From Callorhinchus milii (lineage: Eukaryota): a DNA stretch of 64,000 nt. The stretch lies in contig NW_024704742.1 in assembly GCF_018977255.1 (NCBI RefSeq), forward strand, positions 13,580,001 to 13,644,000, written 5' to 3'. Below are positions 37,543 through 49,807 of this stretch, piece after piece. The position numbers and the translations under genes were made by a program. Position 1 is the stretch's first letter; each line of letters starts with the position of its first letter. Under the pieces are notes generated by a model, which did no database searches, had not been told where the DNA came from, and was given only the letters and a program-made list of their open reading frames with translations.

Positions 37543-40500
37543 AGCCGAGTTGTATTGCATTGATGAGTGAAGGCATTATTCTATTATATTAATAACTAAC
37601 TATTAATCTTTAGTACATGCTTTATGCACTAGGAGAATATGTGGAGGAATATTTTGATGATATTGTCATAATTGTTTTAGATCAAATTAGCAAGGTGTTA
37701 AGAATTACATTATTCTGATCAGCCATTGTGGTATAAGGGCTTGGTGCAAAATCACATTCAATGTAGAATTAGTCTCTGTGTCTGTGATCAACGCTAATTA
37801 TTGAGCAGCAATCTGGCACCTAAGTAAACAAAAAATCATGTATTGCAATTAGTATTGCAGTACAGAGAGATAAATGACCTACCACTGCAAAAATCTTAAA
37901 CTATTCAGGGAGAATTTGTCTCTGTACTGCAATACTAATCGCCGTGCTCGACTGAGATAAAAATAAATAAATATAGACCAGAATTTAAAGTTGTAAATTT
38001 AGCCTAAGGATCAGCTGATGTCAATATTGTATATACCATAGAAACAAATATAAAAATCAAAGTACACACACCTCCTTGGTCCAACAGCATTTAGCTCAAA
38101 ATCATTAGAAAAGAAGAAACACAGTGATCAACAATCAATAATAATAATAATCCTTGCATTTGATATTGTGCCTTCTCACATCTTCGAGACATCTAAAAGC
38201 GCTTCACAGAATATACTGTAAAGTGTAGTGACTGTATATTTTGTAAGCAAAACGCGGCAGCCAATTGTACACAGAGGTGTCCAACCAACACTCTTGGATT
38301 GAGTGACTGAATTATTATCATTTTTGGGGGGAGGTTTGATTTATAAAACATGTGCAACAATAGAGTCAGGATTTCAACACTCCAACACTGCACCACTGTA
38401 GATGCAATCTTTCATAAAGCATTTGATAATCATTGAACCTGTTAGGAAACATCACATTGTTCACCGTATGAATTGGAATTGGAATTGATTTTCAGTAAAT
38501 GTGAGGACCTTGGCAGCCTAGCACATCTTATTCTCCACTAATTAAAAAATGACTTGATCCTAAAAGAAATAGTAAAAATGCTCAGGAAGCTTTACAAGTC
38601 TGCAGTAATGTATCATCCGATGACAAATGTAGGAACAACATACTGAGAAACTATGTCTGATACAAAATGTATCATTGGACTTTGGTGAATACATTCTAAA
38701 CTTCACAATGCTTATCTTGAAGCACGTACAGTGTTTTAGAGTAAATCCACTCAAACAAACAATGCCATTTTTCACAATGCCATTTTTCACGCGCAGAAAA
38801 AGAATCTGATTTTGACTAGAAATAATTGAGACTTGGCATGTCTATAAAGGCCTCAGGCTTCAGAAAGCTGGCAACAGGACTGCTTGCTCATGAGCATCTG
38901 GTGTTTCAGACAGAGTGAAAATTAGAAATTCATATAAACCCTGTACTACTTCAGTGTTCTCTCAGAGACACTGCATGAAGACAAAGGTGTTTCCTCTCCA
39001 ATGCCTCTACAGTCTCTCCCCTGAGGGTTGCATCTGCTAATTAGAATTTCCAGAGATACCATTGCAATGATTTGCTTCACTCATCTAGGCTCCGAGTGAA
39101 ATTTCTCTCCCTGTTAGAGCTAACAGCAATAAAATGTACAGAGTTTTGATTTTTTTATAATAATAATAATTTCCAATGCATTTAATATTATACCTTTCAT
39201 GTCAGGAGGGTATCTCAGAGTGCTTCATGAAATTTACCGTAAATTGTCATAGTTGCTTATTTTGTATTGATTTTTGGCAATAAAATGGCCTTCATTTAAT
39301 ACACTCCACCCTGGTATTTCAAGCAGATATTGAAATTAATAATGAAGTTGTGAGTCAAATTACATGCACATTAACATTTCCTGAAAAAGGAATTGATATA
39401 TGTTTTGAGTTAAAGTTTCTTATGAGCTGGCTTATTAAACGTGTGTTAATTTCATGCTAAACACAGTCAAATGTTCGAAAAAGTCTTGTGAGCACATAGC
39501 CCAAACATTAGTATCCTGCTCCAGTAGTGACAGTAAGTTACAAAAATGTTTTATATCATCAGCCAAACAACAACTTGTATTTATAAGTGCCTTTCACAGT
39601 GAATAATGCCTTGAAGTACTGAGTGACAGGCTTGGACGTCAAGCAAGAGAGAGAAGGGAGGTGGAGGTGATGATAGAGGAAGTCAAAAAGGTAAGTTTTG
39701 AAGTGGGTTTGAAAGATAGACAAAGAGGGGACAAAGTGGAGGGATAGAGACAGGGAGTTGCAAAGATTATGGGGCATAGTGGCTGAAGGCTCGACCACCG
39801 TTGCTGGTGTGGAGGAGTTGTGAGATGCACAGCAGGTATGTTAGCTGAGTGAAGATAGAGGCATCTAACTTGTCATTGTTAAGAGTAATATAATACACTA
39901 TTTAATTGTTTCTTCTGTAATGCTGTGCTACGGCTGGTGATTATTATATCATCAACGTTGCATTATTCACTCCGTACATTTTTCAATACTTACTGTTCAT
40001 TGCTGACCTTAGTTTTTAATGTAATATAGGAAATGCCATTGAATTGAGGCTTAAGTATAATGACAAAATATTTTATTTTTATAACCCCTTCTCGCTCCAG
40101 AGATTTGGATATACATAAATTCACCCACAGAATACATACAGTCAAATCACTTATCAAATGCAAGGATTATTATTATTCATTATTATAATATACAATCTTT
40201 ACATTTGATATAGACCCCTTCACGTTGGGAGTATGCCTCAAAACGCTTCGCAGTATATACTGTAAGGTGGTGTGACTGTATTAATAATAATAATCCCTGC
40301 ATTTGATATAGCGCCGTATTACATCTTCGAGACGTCTCAAAGCGCTTCACAGAATCTATTGTAAAGTATATACTTTGTGGACGAAGCATGGCAGCTAATT
40401 GCACACAGCAGTATCCCACATCCTGGGTCTCATCAAGTTTAGCGAACTCTGCTATTACCTTCAGCTGTCAGCCTGGCTCAACTTGTAGCCCTCTCCTTTG

Positions 40501-41074
40501 AGCTGGAAAGTCAAGGAAATAATCTTATTACATCGTCAGGACATCTCAAAGTGCTTCACAGAATTTACTGAGCAGTGAATGTGTATTTGTAGGAGAACAC
40601 AACAGCCAATTTGTTAACAACAATGTTCCACAAACAGTCATAAATTGAATGGCCAATTTTTTTTCTTGTTTGTGCCTTTTTAAAATTGGAGATTACTTTA
40701 GAATTCACCTCAGCTTTGTATTGACGAAAATTTGAATTAGTACTGACAACATTTAGCCAAGCACTTGACTTCTTTTTAACCTGAGGACACACATGGCATC
40801 ACTGTGCGGAATAAGGGCTTTCTATTTCAATAAGCCAACACAGCGTTGTGGAGACTGGGTGTTTTGTATTGTCATTCCTAATTACATTTGCATTGATGCA
40901 GTGATCTGGAAAAGAATATATCCTGACTAATTGGACTGTTATGGCAGGCTGATACTTGTTCGTAGGAATAATATACAGTAAGCTTTCAATGAATGTTTAG
41001 CAGTTGTAAGAAAATGAAGAGGTACTTACAGATAAGAAACAAACACTTTTATGGTCAGTTTTTGCTTCCATTTA

Positions 41075-41760
41075 ATAATAACAATATATAGTGTCATTCA
41101 TGTAGAATAACTTGGAGCTTTTGACAGTGACAGGACTGATATCAAGAAGGGAGAAGGGGAGAGATGACAATAAGTGTGGTCAAATAAGATGGTTCAAAGT
41201 GGGACATGAAGACAGATAGAGAGGGGGGTGAGACAGAAAGATTGAGGGAGGGAACTGGGGGAGTAGAATTGGAAAGCTTTGTGACCAATAGGTAGGATGG
41301 GGATGAGCAGAGGAACAGGATAGAAGGAGATCAGAGATCCAAGAAGATGTTAGGAATTTATTCCTCTGGTGGGGGAATCCAGAACAAGGGGGCATGGTGT
41401 TAAAATTAGAGCAAGGCCATTTAGGAGTGAAATCAGGAGGTAGTTTTTCACCCAAATGGTTGTAGAAATCTGGAACTCTCTCCCCCAAAAGGCTGTGAAT
41501 GCTGGATCCATTCAAATTTTCAAGACTAAAGTGGATAAATACTTGTTGGGTCAGGGTGTCGAGGAATATTGGGCAAGGATGGGCAATTGGACTTAAGGTA
41601 CAGATCAGCCATGATCTTATACAATGGAGGAACAGGCTTGAGGGGCTGAATGGTCTACTCCAGTTCCTATGTTCCTAGGTGAGGGTGAGGACCTGGAAAT
41701 CGATCCATTGAGAGACAGGGAGCTGGTGGAGTCTGTCAAGGACTGGAGTGATGGATATGG
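41075..41760 (-). mobile_element. Old L2 fragment (-) with a nested CR1 3' fragment (+, about 41352-41678)
   Basis: CR1 part encodes ..SRTRGHG..KIRARPFRSEIR..FFTQMVVEIWNSLP and ends ...cctatgttccta. Purine-rich L2 sequence lies on both sides. Confidence 0.75.
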
Positions 41761-41890
41761 AGTTTGGTTCAGGAAATATTTAGGATTTAATGTAACATTT
41801 TCCATCAATGAAATTAATCTTTTAAAAATTAAATTGCCAATTCATTTAAGACATGGACGCCTTGGGTAGTTTCCCAATATTGTCTAGACA

Positions 41891-42273
41891 TAATAATAAT
41901 CCTTGCATTTGATATAGTGCCTTATCACATCTTTGAAATGTCTCAAAGTGCTTCACAGAATATACTGTAAAGTGAATTGACTGTATATTTTGTGGGTGAA
42001 ATGTGGCAGCCAATTATGCGCATTAGTGTCCCACAAACAGTCGTGGATTGAGTGATCAAATTATATTTCTTATTTATTTTATATTTTTGAAGGCTTTATA
42101 ACCCTGGAAAGTGATCCACCAATCGGCTAACAACCAGTTTTCTACTTACTGCTAGGTAAACAGAGGCATGTGGAGTAAGGAAACTTGCCTAAAATTTCAC
42201 CTCACCCGGGAATCAAACCCAAATCCTCTTGCTTGTGAGGCAAGTGCTCTAATCAATATGCTACAATACTCCA
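41891..42273 (-). mobile_element. tRNA-derived SINE (long variant)
   Basis: Same head, body and tail as the other copies. Confidence 0.88.
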
Positions 42274-42647
42274 GATTGTGGTAAAACTGATCCTTGGTGT
42301 AGGTGAGGTTGGATCAAATCAATTCTTTTGACAAAGTGATTGCCTGACCTTTGTACCCAAAGTGGTGAAAAATGTGACATTTCATAACAAATTTGATGTC
42401 ATCATGTTAAGAATTAATACCCCAAATTTTAGCACAAGGGTCCAAAGTCTCATTCAAAATTGTTCATCCTCTAGAATGTCTGCTCAGTATTAGCAGACTG
42501 AGAATACTTTCTACCAAGCCCTCCAAAGATAGATTTGGTACTGCTTCACAGGATACTGGTTGAGTTGAGCTGATGTCCCATTTTCAGCTGCACAAAAAGC
42601 AGAATCAGTGGTGAAGTTTAATAGAGAGATAGAAAGATGCTTACTTG

Positions 42648-42946
42648 GGTAGGAACAGGAGCAGGCCATTCAGCTCCTTGAGCCTGTTCCACCATTCTAT
42701 TAGATCATGTCTGATCTGTACCTCAACTCTAATTAGCTGCTTTTGCCCCAGGGATACCTTTATACCCTTACCTAACAAAAAAGTCTATCCACCTCAATGT
42801 TGAAAAATTTAATTAGTGGAGGTATAAAAGGTTAAGGCTAAAGCACAAAGTATTAGGATTAAAAGACCGATCAAGATCTTATAAATTGACGAAAAAGCCT
42901 CAGTGGGCTGAGTGCCGACTTCTGTTCCTATTCCCTATGTTCCTAC
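42648..42946. mobile_element. Two CR1 3'-end fragments in opposite orientation
   Basis: taggaacaggagcaggccattcagc... (-) followed by ...gggctgagtgccgacttctgttcctattccctatgttccta (+). Confidence 0.65.
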
Positions 42947-43717
42947 AAATATGGTGTCCTTCATGAATGGGAGAATAGAAATCTTCAGGCCCTATGTATT
43001 GTGCTGAGATCGAAGGGAAGATTCAGACCCAAAACCAATCAATAATGCATTGACTTTAAATTCTGCTGCTTCTTAACCAATTCAATGTAATCACATCAAA
43101 CTGTTATGAAATGTTGCATTTTTCACCCCTGTAAATTTTTCTTACATGATCTCTATTTTCAGTTATTTTCTCCTGCTGTCCACATCAATCATATCTGTGC
43201 TGCAATTCCGATTTTTTTTTCAGCTAAACAGTGCAATGCCCTGTCTCACCCTAAAGCTTCTTTAATTATTTCCACTTCAGTGAATACTGCGTTCCAGCTC
43301 TGAAAATTTTAAAAAAATTGATTTATGCCAGGTTGTGGGTTTAAAATGTACATCAAGAGCAGAAAGCCTTTCCAATATGAAAGGGTGTGGCCTTTGGACT
43401 GTGGCCTTTGGACAAATCATATCTACAGAGCGCATAAAGTCTGACAAAAGTTCAAAGAGAGATCCAAGAAGAGGAAGATCAAAAGGTCACTTCCCTACCC
43501 CCCAGCTCCTCCCAAGCCGAGGTATGCGAAGCACTTTGAGATGTCTTCACAATGTGAAAGGTATTATATAAATGTAGGTTGCTGTTGTATTCTGAGGAGC
43601 TGGTAAAGAGGATAGTTGAAGCAGTGAAGCCACGAAGTGTGCAAATTACATTGTAATATCTTCTTCCCTGTCTCACTTCTGTGAAGAAAATTCAAAGTAA
43701 AATCGTGAGAGAAAGCA

Positions 43718-43945
43718 GTTCCCCTGATGGCCAAGTGGGTAACAGACTGTCCTGTGAAGCACTAAACCATACGGACAGGAAGGTTGGCTACAGGGTCGAA
43801 GCCCAGTCTGTGCTGAATTAGTTGTTCTCAGCCAAGGGGAGTTATAATATATCTCATGACCCTTGAATTAGGGGAGAGTCAGCTGGAAGATACATGTGTG
43901 TGGATGTTGAATAAGGATAGAGCTTGGATATGAGACACTGCAATT
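43718..43945 (+). mobile_element. Ancient tRNA-headed SINE-like repeat of a different family
   Basis: cccctgatggccaagtgg...ggtcgaagcccagtctgtgctgaattag. A related head lies at about 23338 (ccctgatggcttagc). Confidence 0.5.
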
Positions 43946-44028
43946 CTTTTCTAACTTAAAATCAGTCTACTCATACTGTTTGGGTGATACGATGTTCAAT
44001 GGCTGAACCTCTTGCAACAGTAGTCAAA

Positions 44029-45135
44029 TACAACAACAACGATGATAACAACAACAACTTGCACTTATATAGCGCCTTCCAACCAGGGTAGTGTCTCAGG
44101 GTGCTTAACAATGGTGGAGCCTGAGTCCGAGCCGGGGGAGGGTGGAGGTGGCCATAAGCACGGTCAAACAGGAAAGTCTTCAGGCGGGACTTGAAAGAAG
44201 GGAGAGAGGGGGCAAGGTGGAGGGATTGAGGGAGAGTGTTCCAGAATTCTGGGGCGTAGTGGCTGAAAGCATGACCTCCGATGGTGGGGCAGAGGGTGTG
44301 AGTGACGAGTAGGAGGCCGATGCCAGTCGAGCGGAGGCACTGTGTAGTGGATTGGGGAGTGAGGAGGTCGGAGAGGTAGGGAGGTGCCAGGGAGTGAATG
44401 GATTTGAACACGAGAGTGAGGATCTTCAGGTCAATCCATTCGGTGATGGGGAGCCGGTGGAGCCTTGCCAGAGCTGGTGAGATGTGGGTACGGAGTTTGG
44501 TCGGGGTGAGTGTGTGGGCAGGGCAGCAGAGTTTTGAATGAGCTGGATCTTGTGAATAGTGGAGCTGGGGAGACCAGGGAGAAGTGTGTTTGAGTAATCC
44601 AGGTGGGAGGTGACAAACATATGCACGAGGGTTTCGGCTGCATTCGGTGTAAGTTACGGTTGGAGGAGGGCAATGTGGCGGAGGTGGAAGAAAGCGATCC
44701 TGGTCAGGGACTGGATGTGGGGAAGAAAAGACAGTTGGGGGTTGAACTGGACACCTGGGTTGCACACTGTTTGGGTGAGTCTGAGGGTGAGCCCAGGGAG
44801 GTTGAGGAGTTTAGATCTGCAGGAGCGAAGACGTTGATAGGAGCCAAGGAGTATGGCTTCCATCTTGTCCACATTCAGCTGCGGAAGTTTGCACTCATCT
44901 AGACCTTGATGTCTGCCAGACAAGCTCATAGAACATCAGCAGAACTGGAGTTGGTACTGAAGGAGGCAAAGTAGATTTATGTGTCATCCGCATACATGTG
45001 GAAGTTTACCCCGTGTCTGTGGATGACATCGCCCAGAGGGAGCATATAGATAAGGAAAAAGGAGGGCCAAGGATGAAGCCCTGGGGTACCCAGCAGTTGA
45101 CTGGGCGGGGGCAGAAGGAAACACCATTTGCTGAG
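44029..45135 (-). mobile_element. L2 3' fragment of a diverged subfamily, frameshifted
   Basis: [51 protein letters not shown], and a (GTT)n-like tail. Confidence 0.92.
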
Positions 45136-46472
45136 AAAATAGGAGAAGATAATATAATAATAATAATCATAATCATCATCATAATCATCATTGCACTGAT
45201 GTAATGTAAGGCCAATAGGTTTATTAGACTATTAGACTGTGCAGCATTGCTGCCAAATTTAATTTATATTAGTGTGTGATGAATCATACTCTAGTCCTAA
45301 AGTTTAAAGACTTGTCTGATTATACATTCTGCCTCATTTTGTTTTAGAAAAATTAGAATATTCCATCACTAATTTCTGAATCAATCTGTCAGAAATGACA
45401 ACAAGCATATTTCTTCAAGAGTACAGTCCAGACAAATTAGTTTTCTCAAGCGGATAATTTCTAAAGGTAAAAACGTACAGTGCTGTGATTTCTGTGCAAA
45501 ATGCACTGATAAATTGCTCTGTTGGTAAATGCAGCCTCGGGTGGGTGGCCAGTAAACTTATATAGACAACAAAATTTAATTTGCAATGTTTCTTAATGGG
45601 ATTCCTTAATAATGAATAATTTGTGAGACAGAGCCTTTATTAACGAATCCTGTGACAAACACTGCAAATTAAGTCCCAATATGTACTTGATGGAGATTTT
45701 CTGTAGATTCTGAGATGTGCAATATGTTACATGCAAATACAGTTGGTATCACACAAAATTTCCTCAGAAACTTGCCCCTGACACTACCGGGTGAAATTTG
45801 TAACGATTCATAACATAAAATAACATGATCCACATTTGTCTTTTTAAACTTACAATGTGCTGCTTTACATGATGCTATGAGAATGGCAATATAGTATTGA
45901 AATGAAGTTGTGACAATGAAAATGAAGGCTCATCAAGGTAACGGTTGCAACAATAAAATGTGTACAGTTGCATTTACAATAACCTTTAGCACTGAGAGAA
46001 AGAAGTGAGATTTACTCATTCATTGTTAACAGAATGACAGCGTAGATAAAAGAATTGTCATTTTACTAAAGTATTTAGAACAAGAAATTATTCTTGATTC
46101 AGCAGCAGGCTAAAATCAATACCTTTCTTATTGCACTCTAAAATGATGGATTAATATTGTTACCAATGTTCGACATGTGCTGTCAATTCCTAGTAAACTG
46201 CAAACACATTTTGTTTTCATCCAATTTGCTTTGCATTCACCAGCTGACAGAAGTCCCCTATCAATGTACCAACCGCACTATACATTCTTAAAATTAAGGT
46301 CAACAACTTGCGATTGGTATATTGATAAGGGACTTCTGTTTTTTTAGCTTTTTTTATGTAGGATGAATGTCACAAAGTGTGTAACATATAGGAAAGGGAA
46401 CAGCAACAAGTGATAAAGAAGGAAAATTGAAGGAGGTGGACCAAAGCTTGGTGAAAGAGATATGTTTTAGGA

Positions 46473-46562
46473 GGGTCCTGACCCAACTGTGCAGCGCCTT
46501 GGGATGTCCTCCTGACGTGAAAGGCGCTTTATAAATGGAATCTTGTTGTTGTTGTTGTTGTT
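46473..46562 (+). mobile_element. Very short 3'-end insertion of the young L2
   Basis: gggtcctgacccaactgtgcagcgccttggg...aaatggaatc(ttg)n, near-identical to the 3' end of the 19780-23180 copy. Confidence 0.9.
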
Positions 46563-47465
46563 TTGAAGCGAGGAAGAGAGGAAGTGAGGCAGAGAGATTC
46601 TGGAAGTGGCTGACTGCTTAACCAGCAATGTTGGCTATCCTGGCTATATCACCAAATACCAGACTTCCCTTTGCCCAGTCAGCAGAAATATTTATTTGAC
46701 CCAAAGAGCCACTTCAGCACTGTAATTTGCCTCTGCTACAGCTACTGACTGCAAACCCTTGCTCAACATCCCAATGCCAGAGGGGAAATTTGATTTAGAA
46801 TGTGTACGGCACGTGTACAGAGAATTTGTTTTATCTTTCAGTGAACAGGATGCTACCAGCGTTTTATAGATAACATGCCAATTCAAATAAAAGTGGAGTA
46901 TCCACAAAAAGGGACAATTGAGCATTTATATTGAATTAACCAGCACTAGTGCATTCTGCTTAGTAGACATTTACTTTGACAAAAGTTTGCAATTGCACTC
47001 ATTCTGTGGAGAAAGCAATTTAGATATATCAGTTGACATAGCACAAACCATATTTTAGAATCGGTAAAGTCTAGTTACGTTCAAATGATTTCCAAAGATG
47101 TAGAAGAAAAATATGGTTATAAAAACTTATTTTATCTTTAGCAAACAATCCTAGCTTTTAGTACAGCCCTGTGACCCTCCCTCCTCTGCTCCTAGGCGCA
47201 TTGACTAAATATGTGTTATCAGAAGTAAGTAGGCATGCCCCAGAGGGACTGCATTTAGTTTAATGGGGTTTGGGTGCTCTGGACTGCTGGACTGACAGCC
47301 ATTGCAAAATTGCCCAAAGCACTGCAATGAAGAGTTTGCAATAATATACAGACAGTCCTCAAAATGAGAGTTGGAATGATTACATAACTCATTTGTAACT
47401 GAAAGGCCTATATTAACTGAACCTCTCCAGTATAGAGAATCAATGTCACACAGACTCCTGTAACA

Positions 47466-47647
47466 AAATGCAAAATACTGCAGATGCTGGAAATCTGAAA
47501 CAAAAACAGAAGTTGCTGGGAACACTCAGCAGGTCAGGCAGCATCTATGGAGAAAGGAAAGTGAGTCAACGTTTCGGGTTCACGACTCTTCATCAGAACT
47601 GCTTGACCTGCTGAGTGTTCCCAGCAACTTCTGTTTTTGTTTCAGAT
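47466..47647 (-). mobile_element. Penelope-like insertion: terminal repeat with hammerhead motif plus an inverted partial copy, 10-bp TSD
   Basis: Perfect 45-bp inverted repeat at 47492-47536 and 47604-47648. Direct repeat tcctgtaaca at 47456-47465 and 47648-47657. Hammerhead core on the minus strand at 47564-47600. Confidence 0.8.
47564..47600 (-). ncRNA. Minimal type-I hammerhead ribozyme-like motif
   Basis: AGUU-CUGAUGA-A-GAGUC(GUG)AACCC-GAA-AC-GU-U-GACU: both conserved core boxes present, stem I AGUU/GACU, imperfect stem II, palindromic ACGU stem III. Confidence 0.6.
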
Positions 47648-49618
47648 TCCTGTAACATGTGTGTTTCGAGGCTCTCAGCTGGATGAATATGACCACAAGA
47701 TGGTTTTTCTACCCTTTCAATGAGGGCAAAGGAAAATCTCCCATGGACTCAGTGTAAAAACATATTCTCCAGTCTGTGACTTCAGAACTGGGTATTTTTT
47801 TAGAGATAAAGATGCTGGAATGATATGAGATGAAGGTTATTTTCAAACACTATGAGTAAAAAATCATTAATGATAAAAAAATGCAGAATGATCTAAATTA
47901 CTGATCAAAGTATTGATGCTGATAGGGTCTCTTAGCTAGTTTGTGCTAGAGGTGTAATGTTACTACATGTTTATGACTGAATACAGTATGTTATCATGGA
48001 CAGTAAGGTCCAGCCTCGGTTCGGGTGCCAAGCCATTATTGTTAAGATCGATGCCTGGTGCATTTTAATGATGTGAAGGCATGCTAAGGATTTACTTTAT
48101 ATCGTGTATGTTTGGACAGGCCATTAACAATCAGAATTTTGGTTTTGCCAGTTAATTGACAGAAAGGCAGAAAGGCAGAAATGTTGTCAATCAGGATTCT
48201 GAGGACAGAAAACCACACGGATGCAAGAATACTTCAAACAATGAATGGAGTGGGGTGGGGGGGAGGAAAACATTCTGTACAGCCCGGCTCAGTTGGTAGC
48301 CCTCTTATCTCTGAATGAGTAGGTTGTGGATTCGAGCCCCACCTCAGGACTTTGAATTAATAGTCTTGGCTGACACGACAATGATGTGCTGCATTGTTGG
48401 AAGCGCCAACTTGTAGGAACCCCATGCTGATGTCTCTGCGAGAAGATCCTTTGTGAATTGTGTTGTGAAGGCATTTTGAAAGTGCTGTGGTGAATGCCAC
48501 ATTTTGAAAATGTTATTTTGAATAGCAACAACAAATACAACAAGTTACATTTATGTAGCGCCTTTCAAGTTAGGAGGATGTTCCAAGGAGCTGAATAATT
48601 TGCCTTTGACTGCAGCACAGCAGCTCATATTCCCACTTACTTCTTGCTAACCCTGCAAACCATGGCCCAAATTAGTCCTAGCTGGACAAGCAATGGGAAG
48701 CTTGCCAGACAAGCAGTATTGCAACAAATACTTTGGGACCCCACAACTTGGCTCTTGCCAACCTGTGTCTGAACTCTCTGGGGTAGTAACGCAGTAAGCA
48801 TCCCTCCAGGGAGAGAGTGTACATACTATAACAGACAAATGGTCAAAACAAACTATAATAGTGAAGGTTCAATTACAGTATCATAAAGATGAGCTCTCCC
48901 ATAGATTGAAAAATAATTTTATTTATTATAAAATAAATCTTCAATCATCTCAATAAAAGGGGCTCACTCACACACAGGTGCATAAACAACCCCTGGAATT
49001 CAATTCTGTATAAGATGTCAGTGCAATCCAAACTAGTGAATGTGTTAAAGCAGAAGGATCACTAAAAAGTAAATAGAGTGAAAGCTGATACAGCTCCAAA
49101 TACAGAGAAGTGCATTAGATATATATGATGAATGTACTATTTTACCTTGCAAAACAAAATAGGAAGTCCAGAGTCCTTCCAACAGAAGTAAATTCTGTTC
49201 TGACACTTCACTGGAATATTGTATTGAACTGTAATATTACAATTGCATAAATATTAGTTTGAAACAAATAATTCTACAGAAATTAAGTGATCTGCACTGG
49301 AATTTCCTTGTATTTAAATCATGATAAATCTAAAATAAATTCGTGATTGTGAGATGCTAAGTGATATTTCCATTTGAATACTGCTTCAATTAATTATTTT
49401 AACATTTAATGGTTAGTTGCAATATGCATTAATCAAACTTATAATAATAATCCTTGCATTTGATATAGAGCCTTATCACGTCATTGAGACATCTCAAAAT
49501 CATTCAGAGGATATACAGCAAAGTAGATTGACTGTATTTTGTGGGAAAATGCAATTGGTAGTGTATTGGTCATATTTCTTTGGTTCAAGATACAAAAGTT
49601 GACAGGGCTAAGGTTTTA

Positions 49619-49807
49619 GGTGCCTGAAATTTCTCTTAGTCTTAGTCTGTATGACCATTTTAACCTTAAAATCAAAGAAATTGCAGAATTGTGAAAAATT
49701 CTTAAATTCAGACTTAATTGGAAGTCAGTTCCTTTTCAGAATTAAAAAAAAACATTTTTCCTAATCTTCTTAAGATTGCTTTTAAGAAGGGTAGAAATTT
49801 CAGGCCC
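49619..49807. mobile_element. About 190-bp MITE with TA flanks (superfamily not assigned)
   Basis: ta-gg(t)gcctgaaatttct ... agaaatttcaggccc-ta. A second copy lies at 31750-31935 and a lone terminus at about 42980-42994. Confidence 0.7.
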
